The notes below the pieces were generated by a model that saw only the letters and a list, made by a program, of their open reading frames with translations, did no database searches and was not told the DNA's origin. A stretch of 62,919 nucleotides of DNA, filler included, from Octopus bimaculoides (lineage: Eukaryota), in NCBI RefSeq assembly GCF_001194135.2. It is 4 parts of 4 records of this genome, joined end to end, with 100 filler letters (N's around TTAATTAATTAA, not from the genome) between each part and the next. Parts side by side here need not be neighbours in the genome. Positions count along the whole stretch, not along the records: positions 1 to 25,887 come from NC_069005.1; positions 25,988 to 43,167 come from NC_068991.1; 2 more parts are not named here. One strand, given 5' to 3'. A program made the translations under genes and the position numbers. Each line of letters starts with the position of its first letter. Within the stretch, counting starts at the first letter, position 1. Below, piece after piece: positions 13,033 to 26,159 of the stretch.

Positions 13033-13567
13033 TACTATGTTATATATAAAAAATATATAGAAGAAATAATTTAGCAATGATTCAACAACAAGTTGTATCA
13101 ATTTAATAATGCAACATAGAAATTCAAGTTACCAAATATCACCACTGAGCATCTGAATAAACTTTTGATTCACCTTGGTGTACATACATTCATGGTGTTT
13201 TCATTGAAAAAAGCCTCTCCAAAACAGAACTGTGCACAAGTGAAATGAAACATACAAAAGAGGAAGTCAAATAGGACAAAAAAATAAGAAGAATTGAAAA
13301 GCAAACAGAAAAAATTTGAAAAAAAACAATCTTTTAAATGTCCAACCATATGATCAGAGAAACTAATTAGCTAATTAGTCAATCAATTATGCAATCATAA
13401 CTAATTCGGTGTAAACAATAAAACCAAGCAATATTATTGTTAATCGATCACAGTCTCAGTCAGACTTCGGCTATTGAACCAATGAAAAAAAAAAAAAAAT
13501 GAACTTCAATTGTAACGCAATTGTAGTTCTTTGATAACAGATGTCGTTTACTGCTTGTGTATGTGTA

Positions 13568-13607
<40 letters not shown>

Positions 13608-14052
13608 TTGTTTTGCACCAGGTCCAGGTCAATGCAGAGCAAACAAATTTATGCTTAAGCAGTCTTCCAGCCATGCCCTCCTCCTCCTATGGTGTCTTTT
13701 AAAGAGCAACGTAGACAATGTTGTAATGAATGAAAGATAATAAAAACAATAATAAAAAATGAAATTAGAATATACAAACTATAAATAAAAATACAAAGAA
13801 ACAGAAATGAATGAAATAAAAATAAGAAATAAAAAAAATATGAACGTATTAAAATGTAAATAAATATTAAATATAAAATACAAATAAAGAAAATAGGTGC
13901 GACATGGCTAAGTGGTCAAGAAGATTGCTTTGTAGCCATGCGGTCAGTTTGAGCAATTGTTTTCCGCTCTAGCTCCAGACTGACCAGTACCTTGTGAGTG
14001 AATTTGTTAAGCATAAACTGTGGTGAAGTCTATTGTGTGTATGTGTGTGTGT

Positions 14053-14385
14053 GAAGGCACAAGGCTCAGTGATTATAGTGTCAAGGTGAGATAGTGAGTT
14101 CAAATCCTGAACCAGGCTGTGTTTGTGTTCTTGAGCAAGACACTTTATTTCACATTGCTCCAGTTCACTCAGCTGTAGAAAAGAGTTTTGACATCACTGG
14201 TGCCAAGCTGTATCAGCATTTGCTTTTCCCTTGGATAACATTGGTGGCCTGGAGGAGAGGGGAGGCTGTTATGCATGGACACCAGCTGATCTTCTATAAA
14301 CGGCCTTCCCTGGACTTGTGCCTCAGAGGGGAACTAAGTGCAATCCCATGGTCATTCATGACCAAAGGGGGTCTTTACCTTTTAC
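14053..14385 (+). mobile_element. tRNA-derived SINE family D with CORE-like segment
   Basis: GAGTTCAAATCC B box; CTTGAGCAAGACACTTTATTTCAC...CTCAGCTGTAGAAA resembles the CORE-SINE domain. Second copy at ~19055-19295. Confidence 0.75.
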
Positions 14386-14865
14386 CTTTATATAAATATA
14401 TATAGTTACGTTTTACAAAACCTAATGAGTTTATGACTATACCAACCATGATTTCTGCCTGCTCTCTCACCCCTACTCCTAACAGATAATGCCCTTTATT
14501 CTCTTAAGCTTTAGATACACAAGGTTTGATATGATATTCTATAAATCAAAACTAAAAAAACAAATAAGATCAGTGACAGGCAGAGTCTTCTTTGACATTT
14601 TATTTATTAACTTCCATGGTGTGGCTAAAGCAAGATGTTCTCTGTCTGTCTCTCTAGCTTCTTGGAGATTTTAGGTATCATTATACTAATGTGTCCTTCT
14701 GTTCTAATTTAATTAAATTCTATGTCTTTGTGCAGCAGAGGATTGCTCTGCATTTTTAAATTGATGTAATGATTACATTGTTCAATTAAATGGAGTTGCA
14801 TCAAATGATCGTACTGCATTATCTCTGGATATTCTTGTTGCTTATTTTGATTTTAATCACCTTAC

Positions 14866-14928
14866 TTTGAAATTGTATGTATAATACCGTACCGAATTCT
14901 GGTGCCTAAACTCAAGTACCATATTCAC
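14866..14928 (-). CDS. Candidate coding exon, phase 0-0 (VNMVLEFRHQNSVRYYTYNFK)
   Basis: TTCAG acceptor after (TA)n, 63 nt open only in phase 0, donor AAA|GTAAGG. Confidence 0.3.
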
Positions 14929-14929
14929 C

Positions 14930-14969
<40 letters not shown>

Positions 14970-15620
14970 NNNNNNNNNNNNNNNNNNNNNNNNNNNNNNN
15001 NNNNNNNNNNNNNNNNNNNNNNNNNNNNNNNNNNNNNNNNNNNNNNNNNNNNNNNNNNNNNNNNNNNNNNNNNNNNNNNNNNNNNNNNNNNNNNNNNNNN
15101 NNNNNNNNNNNNNNNNNNNNNNNNNNNNNNNNNNNNNNNNNNNNNNNNNNNNNNNNNNNNNNNNNNNNNNNNNNNNNNNNNNNNNNNNNNNNNNNNNNNN
15201 NNNNNNNNNNNNNNNNNNNNNNNNNNNNNNNNNNNNNNNNNNNNNNNNNNNNNNNNNNNNNNNNNNNNNNNNNNNNNNNNNNNNNNNNNNNNNNNNNNNN
15301 NNNNNNNNNNNNNNNNNNNNNNNNNNNNNNNNNNNNNNNNNNNNNNNNNNNNNNNNNNNNNNNNNNNNNNNNNNNNNNNNNNNNNNNNNNNNNNNNNNNN
15401 NNNNNNNNNNNNNNNNNNNNNNNNNNNNNNNNNNNNNNNNNNNNNNNNNNNNNNNNNNNNNNNNNNNNNNNNNNNNNNNNNNNNNNNNNNNNNNNNNNNN
15501 NNNNNNNNNNNNNNNNNNNNNNNNNNNNNNNNNNNNNNNNNNNNNNNNNNNNNNNNNNNNNNNNNNNNNNNNNNNNNNNNNNNNNNNNNNNNNNNNNNNN
15601 NNNNNNNNNNNNNNNNNNNN

Positions 15621-15654
<34 letters not shown>

Positions 15655-15661
<7 letters not shown>

Positions 15662-15810
15662 TTTTGTCTATCAAATTCCATCGTAGGGCGTTGGTTGGTC
15701 TGAGGCTATAGTAGAAAACACTTGCCCAAAGTGCCATGCAGTGGGACAGAACCTGAAATCATATGGTTACCAAATGATCTTCTTAACCATTCTACTATGC
15801 CTCTGCCTGT
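15655..15810 (-). mobile_element. SINE family A, 5' part
   Basis: GAGGCTATAGTAGAAAACACTTGCCCAAAGTGCCATGCAGTGGGACAGAACC is the reverse complement of the family A head. Confidence 0.8.
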
Positions 15811-16659
15811 AATAATGATTTTGAAAATTCTTCTCAATATAAATGATAGAGAGAGAGAGAGAGAGAGAGAATGGGGGAGAGATAGGGAGTGGGGAGAAAC
15901 GTAGGTAGCTAAAGAAAATAATTTACAGCGAAGATATTTACCATTCCAAACACACATTAAACATTCTCTGTGTAGAATTCTTGTTAATTTCATATACAAC
16001 CAACTTCCCTCTCTTCTTCCACCCTCACTTTCCTACACTCTTTTTCTCTCTCTTCTTCTTACATTTTGTTGTCTTTCATTTTCTTACTCTATGATACAAG
16101 CACACACACACTCTATTTCTCTGTCTCTCTCTCTCTCTCTCTCTACACACACATATACATGCATGAGAAACAATAAGAAAGAGTTGAAAATTTATTAAAT
16201 TTTTATACATACAAGCAAATGTTTGAATAAAACAAATTTTACTTTTTGACGGAAGGTAAACATTTTTATCATATATTTATATATCTGAACACACATACCC
16301 CCCCCCCCCACACACACATGTATATAAATTCCTCACTCTCTCATAGCTGCTATGATTTGGAGTTTCATGTTAAAATAATCATTTGACATGTGCAGAATGT
16401 GCATGTAATGCATCTGAGTTGAATGACAATATTTTATTTTTATCTTTAAAATATATTTCTCCCTCCAAAAATGCATTTATATAGTTATTCTGTAAAGAGC
16501 TATTTTTCACTTTCTTTTTCTTTCTGCAGATTTTGATTCAGATCTGTAACATGTCTATCTGATGAGTGTGAAAATATTACTTTCACATGAAACTCTGTCT
16601 TGTGGCACCTGTTGTTATTACAATCATCATTAAACTTTATTGTAGACTCTCACTATATT

Positions 16660-17312
16660 CATTCTAGAATATACTTTGCTTTAATTTGGATCTTTATGTT
16701 CTGAGTTCAAATACTACTGTGGTCAGCTTTGCCTATAATCCTTCTGGAGTTGATAAAATAAAAGTACCAGTCAAATACTGGGGTCATTATAATCAACTAA
16801 CCCTTCCTCTTAAATTCCTGCACTTGTGACAAAATTTATATTATTTTTATTCTGCAGTCCAATTTTTTTTAGCCTGTTTTTACTACACTACCAAATGCAG
16901 CTTTGTGGGCCCTGGGTATGTGATATAGTTTGTTCTGTTATTATTTTATCGTTATTACAGCAGCAAGCTGGCAAAGTCATTAGCACACTTGGTTAAAAGC
17001 TTGGCAGTATTTTATCTGTTTTAATGCTCTGAGCTCAAATGCTACTAAAGTTATTTTGCCTGTCATCCTTTTGGGGTCAAGAAAACAAAGCATCAGTTGA
17101 ACAAGGGATCTGATGTAATCGACTTCCCTCCCCACAAATTGCTGGGTCTTGGGCCAGAATTTGAAATCATTATTTCTCATCAGTTTTGAGTTCAATTTCT
17201 GCTGAAGTCAAATTTGCTTTTCATCCTTTCAGGGTCAATAAAATAAAATACCAGTTGAACACTGGGGTCGATGCAATCGACCTCCACCAAAATTGTTAGC
17301 CTTGTGCTAAGC
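16660..17312 (+). mobile_element. Cluster of three partial or degenerate family B SINEs
   Basis: GAGTTCAAAT...CCTTTCATCC...GTACCAGT...GGGGTC motif series at ~16700, ~17030 and ~17190. Confidence 0.75.
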
Positions 17313-17322
17313 GTTATTTTAC

Positions 17323-17640
17323 CTATACTGAAAGTGTTCTATATAGGATGTGTGCAATGCCTAGTAGTGCTATTTTCTATATATCATATACATTGATAAG
17401 TCCTGGAGTTTTTGTTTACCTGTATGTGTTCTGACCATATCTAAAGCACCTGTTATATTAGGAATTATTCCTGTCTTCAGCTTCTACATTCAGGTTATCT
17501 CTATATCCAGATCTTTGTACTTCAAAATTTCCTCCATTTCTTTTAGAGACATATTGTCATCTATTGCGATTGATATGTCAGTTAGAAGGCATTTTTTTTC
17601 TTTTACCATGGCATTCCTTGACAATTGTTTTTTCATGGAG
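17323..17640 (-). mobile_element. R4/Dong-type non-LTR retrotransposon 3' fragment (restriction-like endonuclease domain), decayed
   Basis: KEKKCLLTDISIAIDDNMSLKEMEEILKYKDLDIEIT*M*KLKTGIIPNITGALDMV.../KTPGLINVYDI*KIALLGIAHILYRTLSV* matches the RLE C-terminus pattern (LID...D...KE..K..KY..L; IIP...GALG; QK.ALLGTAHILR). Confidence 0.85.
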
Positions 17641-17990
17641 AGTTTGCTCAGTCTCATTTTCTTCCATGTTTTTGTATATACTTCATGGTTTATATTTATA
17701 TCGTTCACCGATGAGATCCAGAGATCCTCTGCATAGAAGACAGTAGGGCTCAAAAGATTCAAATTCAGTTTCCGATATCTTTACAAGGGATCATTCCACA
17801 AGGTAAAGAAAGGCTGTAAGAAGGATCCAATCGAATGGGTACAGAGGCAATTATGTGGATAAACAAATTGGATGCCTCAAATATATTAAACATCCAATAC
17901 AAAATATGTATATATGTATATACATGGGAAACAAGAGAAAGCAAAAAGTGGAAACTTTCAGATGATGAATTTTTAAGTATAAATATATTG

Positions 17991-18470
17991 ATCATCATCA
18001 TCATCATTTAAAGTCCATTTTTCATGCTGGCATGGGTTGGACAGTTCGACTGGGGTCTGGGAAGCCAGGAGGCTGCACCAGGCCCCAATTTGATCTGGTA
18101 GTGTTTCTACAACCGGATGCCCTTCCTAACGCCAACCACTCCGAGAGTGTAGTTGGTGCTTTTTACATGCCACCAGCACAAGGGGCCAGAGGATCTGGCA
18201 TCGACCATGATTGGATGGTGCTTTTTACGTGCCACCGGCATGGAAGCCAGTCAAAGCAGCCCTGGCATCAGCCATGTTCGGATGGTGCTTTTTACGTGCT
18301 ACCGACACAGGGCTCACAACTACAATTTCCATTTGATTGGATTTTGATATTGCTGATGTTGATGTACTTGACTCAATCGGTCTCCTCAAGCACAGCATGT
18401 CACCCTTTGATCCAAGGTGCTTTTGAGTGGACTGGTTATGTGACACTGGTGTAGGTTGCAGCTGTGGATT
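17991..18470 (-). mobile_element. Retroposon family C, longer copy with three internal GGTGCTTTTTAC(A/G)TGC(C/T)ACC repeats
   Basis: Same terminus as 6674-6853. The internal motif is at ~18155, ~18216 and ~18282. Confidence 0.8.
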
Positions 18471-19534
18471 CACTCGATTATATTTATATTAATAGATCCA
18501 CCTTAGAGTACAAACAACAGGGAAAATCAAAGGGGTGGAAGAAAGGCGTTATAAGTGCAACAGCTGTTTCTACCATATAATTACTTTTATAATTTATATT
18601 TATATTTTTTCTGTATCAACAACAAGACAAGCTAGAAGATAAGACAACCGATCCAGCATCTATTTGTAAAAACAGATATAAATAAAGTTCTAGTTTCAAT
18701 TCCATGTTGCTGCAAAATATTACACCTTCGTGGACATGTTGTCAAATTAGGCACTTTATTCTATTTCCATTTTGGGTCTAATTAACAAAGACTAGACTGC
18801 ACTTACTGTTTCACTTTAATTACAACTAACTACAATCACATTTGTAATTATAATGATTGATTATTTTTTTTTCTCTATTTTATTTGTAGGTGAGTATCTT
18901 TGGATTAAGTTCAAGAGAGTGTGAGATCACAACCAGTGAGATAAGTGAATTTTGTTAATATTATCTGTTACAATTTCTAATTTGCCAAAAAAGAAACACC
19001 ATTTTCAGCTGTCAACACGAAATCATGTGGCTCTTTGATTTTCTATGTTCTGGGCTCTATGTTGTGTTCTTGAGCAAGACTCTTTATTTCATGTTGCTTC
19101 AGTTCACTCAGCTGTAGAAATGAGCTGTAACGTGCCAAGCTGTATCAGCATTTGCCTTTCCCGTGGATAACATTGGTGGCGTGGGTGCATGGGTGACTGC
19201 TGGTCTTCCATAAACAACCTTACCTGGACTTGTGCCTTGGAGGGGATCTTTCTAGGTGCAATCCCCTGATCATTCATGACTGAAGGGGATCTTTTGTTCA
19301 GGAAGCTGGTTTTGGGAGTTAAAGAGGGAGGTCTCAGTTTTTGATTAATACTTCACTTATTGACCCTGAAAGGGTGAACAACAAATTATGCCTTGGTGGG
19401 ATTCAACTCAAAACACAAATCAAAAAAAAAAAAGGATAAATAAAAGTAAAAATAATAAAAATAAAGTTGTAAAATAAATAAAGGAAAAATAGAATAATAA
19501 AAGTAATAATAATAATAATGATAATAATGCAGAC

Positions 19535-19730
19535 ACAAGGCCTGAAATTTTTGGTGGAGGGACTAGTTGATTACATCGACCCAGTGTTTTACTGCTACTT
19601 ATTTTATTGACCATGAAAGGATGAAAGGCAAAGTTGACCTTGGCGGAATTTAACTCAGAGTGCAGCGGTGGGCGAAATACCACTAAGCATTTCATCCAGT
19701 GTGCAAATGACTCTGGTTGTTTGCCGCCTA
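19535..19730 (-). mobile_element. SINE family B between (AAT)n tracts
   Basis: Reverse complement of the 1415-1625 consensus. A partial copy lies at ~19345-19410. Confidence 0.8.
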
Positions 19731-19753
19731 ACAACAATAATAATAATAATAAC

Positions 19754-19788
<35 letters not shown>

Positions 19789-19876
19789 TGATGATGATGA
19801 TAATAATAATGATAATAAAAATAATAATAATAATAATAATAACAATGATGATGATGATGATAATAATAATAATAAT

Positions 19877-20493
19877 GCCCAGATGCAGTACCAGGTAGTG
19901 GCTCTCATGGCTTCTGATCTTAATTGATTGGAAGTGTTATCATGTACATTGTTTTGTCTTAGTATAAAAGATGGGCTACAGCAAATATTCTGCTCAATAC
20001 CACAGATTTGCTTGTCAGTTGTTTGACCTTAACCAGTTGAGCATGTCCCTTAGTGGCTGACGATATGTGCATCTCTGATCATGAGCAGAAGTAGCGGGGG
20101 AGCATCATAACCATGTGTTGAGAGGAATTCTTTGGGGTTTGAATAATTCACCTTTGAAAACATAGGTGTTTTGCTCAAAATCCTTAAACAAACCTTATTC
20201 AGGGACCTTTCGAGCGGGATGGGCTACTCGACCTGAAGAAAATTCTAACTGGGCCCCACCTGGGAGATCATGCGCTGTTTATCTTGATATGAGATCACCA
20301 TGTCGCGCACATATAGTTGTGATNNNNNNNNNNTGCGCTGTTTATCTTGATATGAGATCACCATGTCGCGCACATATAGTTGTGATGCATGTGCCTGGTG
20401 TACCCTTATCAGACGGGTAGTCACGATGGGTATAATGGGCTTTGTATATTTTATCCCAGTGTCACTTTGATGGCATGCACTGCTCCCTCACTC
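19877..20493. mobile_element. ~600-bp interspersed repeat inserted in an (AAT/GAT)n microsatellite
   Basis: Sharp boundaries: AATAATAAT|GCCCAGATGCAGTACC ... GCACTGCTCCCTCACTC|AATAATAA. No long ORF. Recalled as an abundant octopus repeat (not verified). Confidence 0.6.
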
Positions 20494-20530
20494 AATAATA
20501 AAAATAATAACAATAATAATGATGATGATG

Positions 20531-20562
<32 letters not shown>

Positions 20563-21167
20563 GCAATCGTGTTTCTGGTGAAAGGTGAAAGAAGAAGGGA
20601 AAAGGAGAGAAGAATGAATGAAATGATAAAAGTGTTAATGACAGAAAGACAGAAACATTTATCTGAATAAAGGAATTAAAAATACGAAAGATGCTAGACA
20701 ACGTGTTGGTTTCAGTGACTTCTGGAAATAGAGTGAATATTATAACTGGCCATATAGTAGAACTACTCTATTGTAAATCAGATATTGCTACTGCTACTGT
20801 ATTTAAACTTCCAGATGTATTGTGGGAAAGATGTAGAGTTGTCTATGGACTGAAGGGGTAACTGTGATGTGTAGTGTGTGTGTCTGGTTTTCAAATGTAC
20901 TTTCTCTGATACCTGTGTAGTTGAGTAAGCAAGAGACAGTTTCGCTGGAATTCTTCGTTGGTTGGCTGGGTGGCTGGTTGGTCTGTTGGTGTGGGTTGCT
21001 TTTGTTTGAATGATATTATTTGTGGTTGGATGATATTTGAAATGTGATTTTATTCTAGCAGCTGTTGCTGATTTTAACATTGTTGTTATTGAAGTGTTTA
21101 TAATATTTATTAGCTACATTTTCACATACACACACATTAATGTCATTCATATATATATATGTATATA

Positions 21168-21224
<57 letters not shown>

Positions 21225-21523
21225 NNNNNNNNNNNNNNNNNNNNNNNNNNNNNNNNNNNNNNNNNNNNNNNNNNNNNNNNNNNNNNNNNNNNNNNNNNNN
21301 NNNNNNNNNNNNNNNNNNNNNNNNNNNNNNNNNNNNNNNNNNNNNNNNNNNNNNNNNNNNNNNNNNNNNNNNNNNNNNNNNNNNNNNNNNNNNNNNNNNN
21401 NNNNNNNNNNNNNNNNNNNNNNNNNNNNNNNNNNNNNNNNNNNNNNNNNNNNNNNNNNNNNNNNNNNNNNNNNNNNNNNNNNNNNNNNNNNNNNNNNNNN
21501 NNNNNNNNNNNNNNNNNNNNNNN

Positions 21524-21558
<35 letters not shown>

Positions 21559-22272
21559 GTATATATATATAAATATGTATACATATATATATATGTATAC
21601 ATATATATATATGTATACATTCATATGTATACATATATGTATACATATATATATATGTATACATTCATATGTATACATATATGTATACATATATATATGT
21701 ATGTATATATATATATATGTATATATATATGCATGTATATATATATATGTATGTGTATATACATATGTATGTGTATATATGTATACCTGTATCTATGTAT
21801 GTATATGTATGTATATATGTGTGTGTGAGTGTGTATATATGCATGCTTGTTTGTTTGTGTGTGTGTGTGTGAGTGTGTGTGTTTGTGCATAAATGTAGAT
21901 AATATATATATTCTTAAACAACAATGTTGTTGGCAGTGACTTCAAAGTTTTAGCCAGCTAAGCCATCATCGAACTGTTAGAAACTTCGAAGTTACTGTCA
22001 ACAGCATTCTTTTTCAAGAGTAATAAATTTGTAACCTGTAGGGTAATCCATCACATTAATGTAAAATTGTTTTTTACATTATTCTAGAAGCAAACATAAA
22101 TGTGTGTGTGTGTATGCATATATATATGTATATGTGTATATATATATATATATAGGTGTGTGTGTGTGTGTTTATATACACACATACACACACATATATA
22201 TTGGTACTCATGCACGCATATATATATATATATATATATATAGATACATATACACATGCACCCAAACATATG

Positions 22273-22335
<63 letters not shown>

Positions 22336-22539
22336 GTTCGAACATATTTATACACCTTATTTGCACCTGTTTTTGAAGTAATATATGATATTTGTGATGC
22401 TGTGTCCAGACAAGCCAAAACAATGATATCCTGGTAGACTCATAGTCATCAATTAAAACACATCTGCTCTTTTATATAGAACTAGCAGAGATACCAGGCA
22501 TTTCTTGGGGTTAAAATAGCATGGTGATTTATTGTTGTA

Positions 22540-22851
22540 CTTGTTTCAGTCATATGACTGCTGCCATACTGGAGCACTGCCTTTAGTCGAAGAAGTCGTC
22601 CCTGGGATTTATTCTTTGTAAGCCTAGTAGTTATTCTATCGGTGTGTTTTGCCGAACAGCTAAGTTACAGGGATGTCAACACAGCAATATCGGTTGCCAT
22701 GTGATGGTGGGAGTCCACCAAAGACGACTTTACCTTTCATCCTTTTGGGGTCGATGAAATATGTACCAGTTACGCACTGGGATCGATGTAATCAACTATC
22801 CCCCTACCTCAAAATTTTCAAGGCCTTGTGCCTGGAGTAGAAATGATGATG

Positions 22852-22905
<54 letters not shown>

Positions 22906-23125
22906 GTTATTAGGGTGGTGAGCTGGCAGAATCATTAGCATGCTTGGTAAAATGCTTAGCAGCATTTCATCCTTCTTTACATTGTGAGTTCAAATTTCAC
23001 CGAGGCTGACCTTGCCTGTTATCCTTTCAGGGTCGATACAATAAGTACCAGTTGAACACTGGGGTCGATGTAATTGACTTAATCCCACCCCCCAGAATTA
23101 CCAGCCTTGTTTCAGTATCTGAAAC
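22540..23125. mobile_element. SINE cluster: family A 3' part (-, ~22540-22710), family B partial (+, ~22715-22840), family B full (+, 22912-23125)
   Basis: Similarity to other copies in the window; (TTA)n separates the two B copies. Confidence 0.8.
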
Positions 23126-24334
23126 TATTATCATCATCATCATCATCATTACTATTATTATTATCATTATTATTATTATTATTATTTACATTTTGAAGAT
23201 GTGTGAAATACAAACAAAAAGGAAAACGAAATATAAAAAAAAAAGACAGAAAAAGTTACCACCATCATCATCGTCGTCATCATCATCATCATCATTGTCA
23301 TCATCATCATCATCGTCGTCGTCGCCATCATCATCATCATAATCACCAATGCAATGTTTAAACTGTGTAATACTTGAAACTTCAAAGAGCTGAATGTAGA
23401 ATGGTGTACTTGATGGAAGAGGTCATGTATGTTGAAGATTTTTTTCTTTCATCTTTTGTCTATCGTTCGATCTCTCTGGTTCGTTCTTCACCATTGCCGT
23501 TTATGCCATCTCATCCCCCCCACCCTCCACACCTTACCCTTCTGGAAACGACGATGATGATGATGATGATGATTACAATGGTGGTGGTGGTGGTGGTGGT
23601 GGTGGTGATGGCGCTTCTGGTACTGTGGTGTTTGTGATGATGATGGTAGTGCTGTTGTTGTTGATAAGGGTGGTTAATGTAGTGGTGACAGTGATATTGG
23701 CAGTGGTGGTGGTGGTAGTAGTAGTGGTAAGGACAGTGGCGGTGGCAGTGGTGACAGTCAGAGTGTTGCTGCTGCTGTCGATGATGATGATGATGCATTA
23801 ACAGAGTGCATTAGGGCTGCTTATGCAAGCTGCAATTGTTGTGAAGTTGACGATGGTGGAGCATAGTTGATGATGACAGTGATGTGGGTGGGGAGGGTTG
23901 AGGAGGATATCAGTGATGATGATTGGAGGAAAAGGAAGAGAAGCATTCATTGCCGGGAGACACAGCATCTGATTTTAATGATTGAGAGCTGGGGTTAGGG
24001 TTAGGGTCATGAGGACAACGACAATGAAGATGATGATGATGATGATGATGACGATGATGACGCTGTGTCATTGCTGAAGCATTGTGTGTTGATGATAATA
24101 CCCAAGAATACAAGGCTATGTGCATTTGGTTGTGCAGCATCAAGGGAAATTCTCCCTTGCGTTGGTGCATTTTTCACGCAACTAAGTTGGTGCAATATTG
24201 GTAAAAATGGATGGATAGTTTTTTGTCAACCTCTGTTTCAAGTTCTTCATATTTATTTAATTTTTCAAATGTTTTCAAATGTTTTCCCCCAGGGCTGTCA
24301 CAGTCTGTTGGGTTTGATAAAATCATTATAAAAA

Positions 24335-24890
24335 CTGACGAGCTGGAAAAAAATTGTTAGAGCACCGAGAAAATCTGCTTAACATTATCACTTCCGGCTC
24401 ATTATGAACTGAGTTCAAATTCTGCCAGGATCAGCTTTGACTTTCATCTTTTTGTGGTTGAAAGAATAGAACACTGGGGTTGATTCTGTATGGAACATTG
24501 GGGTTAATACTAATGGAACATTGGGTTGATTATGTAGGGCTGCGATCTTCAAACACTTTTTGCACCCCAAAAATGGTTTCATGCAAAATAATTTTTTCAC
24601 AGACCAGGGAAATAATTTTTCCACAGACCAAAAATGAGAATTTTATTCTATAGCAAACCGCAGTGAAAATGCCACTTTATAGATAAAGTATTTCCAAGAC
24701 ATTTCAAATGACCTGAAGTTTGTTTATTTTTTATCGCTGCTTCAAGCACCACACACACTATCTTTTACTTGTTTCAGTCATTTGACTGTGGCCATGCTGG
24801 AGCATCGCCTTTAGTCTAACAAATCGACCCCCAATGGTACTAATTCCATTGGTCACTTTTGCCAAACTGCTAATTTATGTGGACGTAAAC
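24335..24890. mobile_element. Family B SINE (+, ~24335-24500), Charlie/MER1-like MITE remnant (~24535-24630), family A tail (-, ~24762-24890)
   Basis: GACGAGCTGG...GAGTTCAAATTCTGCC; TGGTTTCATGCAAAATAATTTTTTCACAGACC resembles a MER1-type subterminus; TTTCAGTCATTTGACTGTGGCCATGCTGGAGC. Confidence 0.6.
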
Positions 24891-25887
24891 NNNNNNNNNN
24901 NNNNNNNNNNNNNNNNNNNNNNNNNNNNNNNNNNNNNNNNNNNNNNNNNNNNNNNNNNNNNNNNNNNNNNNNNNNNNNNNNNNNNNNNNNNNNNNNNNNN
25001 NNNNNNNNNNNNNNNNNNNNNNNNNNNNNNNNNNNNNNNNNNNNNNNNNNNNNNNNNNNNNNNNNNNNNNNNNNNNNNNNNNNNNNNNNNNNNNNNNNNN
25101 NNNNNNNNNNNNNNNNNNNNNNNNNNNNNNNNNNNNNNNNNNNNNNNNNNNNNNNNNNNNNNNNNNNNNNNNNNNNNNNNNNNNNNNNNNNNNNNNNNNN
25201 NNNNNNNNNNNNNNNNNNNNNNNNNNNNNNNNNNNNNNNNNNNNNNNNNNNNNNNNNNNNNNNNNNNNNNNNNNNNNNNNNNNNNNNNNNNNNNNNNNNN
25301 NNNNNNNNNNNNNNNNNNNNNNNNNNNNNNNNNNNNNNNNNNNNNNNNNNNNNNNNNNNNNNNNNNNNNNNNNNNNNNNNNNNNNNNNNNNNNNNNNNNN
25401 NNNNNNNNNNNNNNNNNNNNNNNNNNNNNNNNNNNNNNNNNNNNNNNNNNNNNNNNNNNNNNNNNNNNNNNNNNNNNNNNNNNNNNNNNNNNNNNNNNNN
25501 NNNNNNNNNNNNNNNNNNNNNNNNNNNNNNNNNNNNNNNNNNNNNNNNNNNNNNNNNNNNNNNNNNNNNNNNNNNNNCTCTGTACATATGTACAGAGAAG
25601 CTTGTACATGTGTTTGTCTACATGTTTCTCTCAAAGTCACCCACATGTTTAGTATTATCACTCTCTTTCTCACTAGTTACATTCATTTTCCATGATATGT
25701 GTTCTGGTTATGAAATTTTGGAATATGCAAACAACATGTATGCTTCAGGTGTGAAATTATCTTTCTCTATATCTATCTATCTATCTATTTATCTACCTAC
25801 CTACCTACCTACCTACCTACCTACCTACCTACCTACCTACCTACCTACCTACCTACCTACCTACCTACCTACCTACCTACCTACCTA

Positions 25888-25987
25888 NNNNNNNNNNNNN
25901 NNNNNNNNNNNNNNNNNNNNNNNNNNNNNNNTTAATTAATTAANNNNNNNNNNNNNNNNNNNNNNNNNNNNNNNNNNNNNNNNNNNN
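25888..25987. other. Artificial scaffold spacer (N44-TTAATTAATTAA-N44); also around 43212-43223 and 61551-61562
   Basis: The identical six-frame-stop 12-mer is centred in an N run of about 100 nt three times. Confidence 0.95.
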
Positions 25988-26040
25988 GCTATTGTGGTAA
26001 CAGTAGTAGTAGTAGTAGTAGTAGTAGCAGCAGCAGAACC

Positions 26041-26081
<41 letters not shown>

Positions 26082-26114
26082 CAGCAGCAGCAGCAGAACC
26101 AGTAGTAGTAGTAA

Positions 26115-26159
<45 letters not shown>

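Noticed and set aside
20271-20385. Direct repeat of ~50 bp around an 11-N gap
   Set aside because: Exact contig-end overlap; assembly artefact.
25932-25943. TTAATTAATTAA palindrome recurring three times
   Set aside because: Always centred in N runs of about 100 nt; an artificial scaffolding linker.
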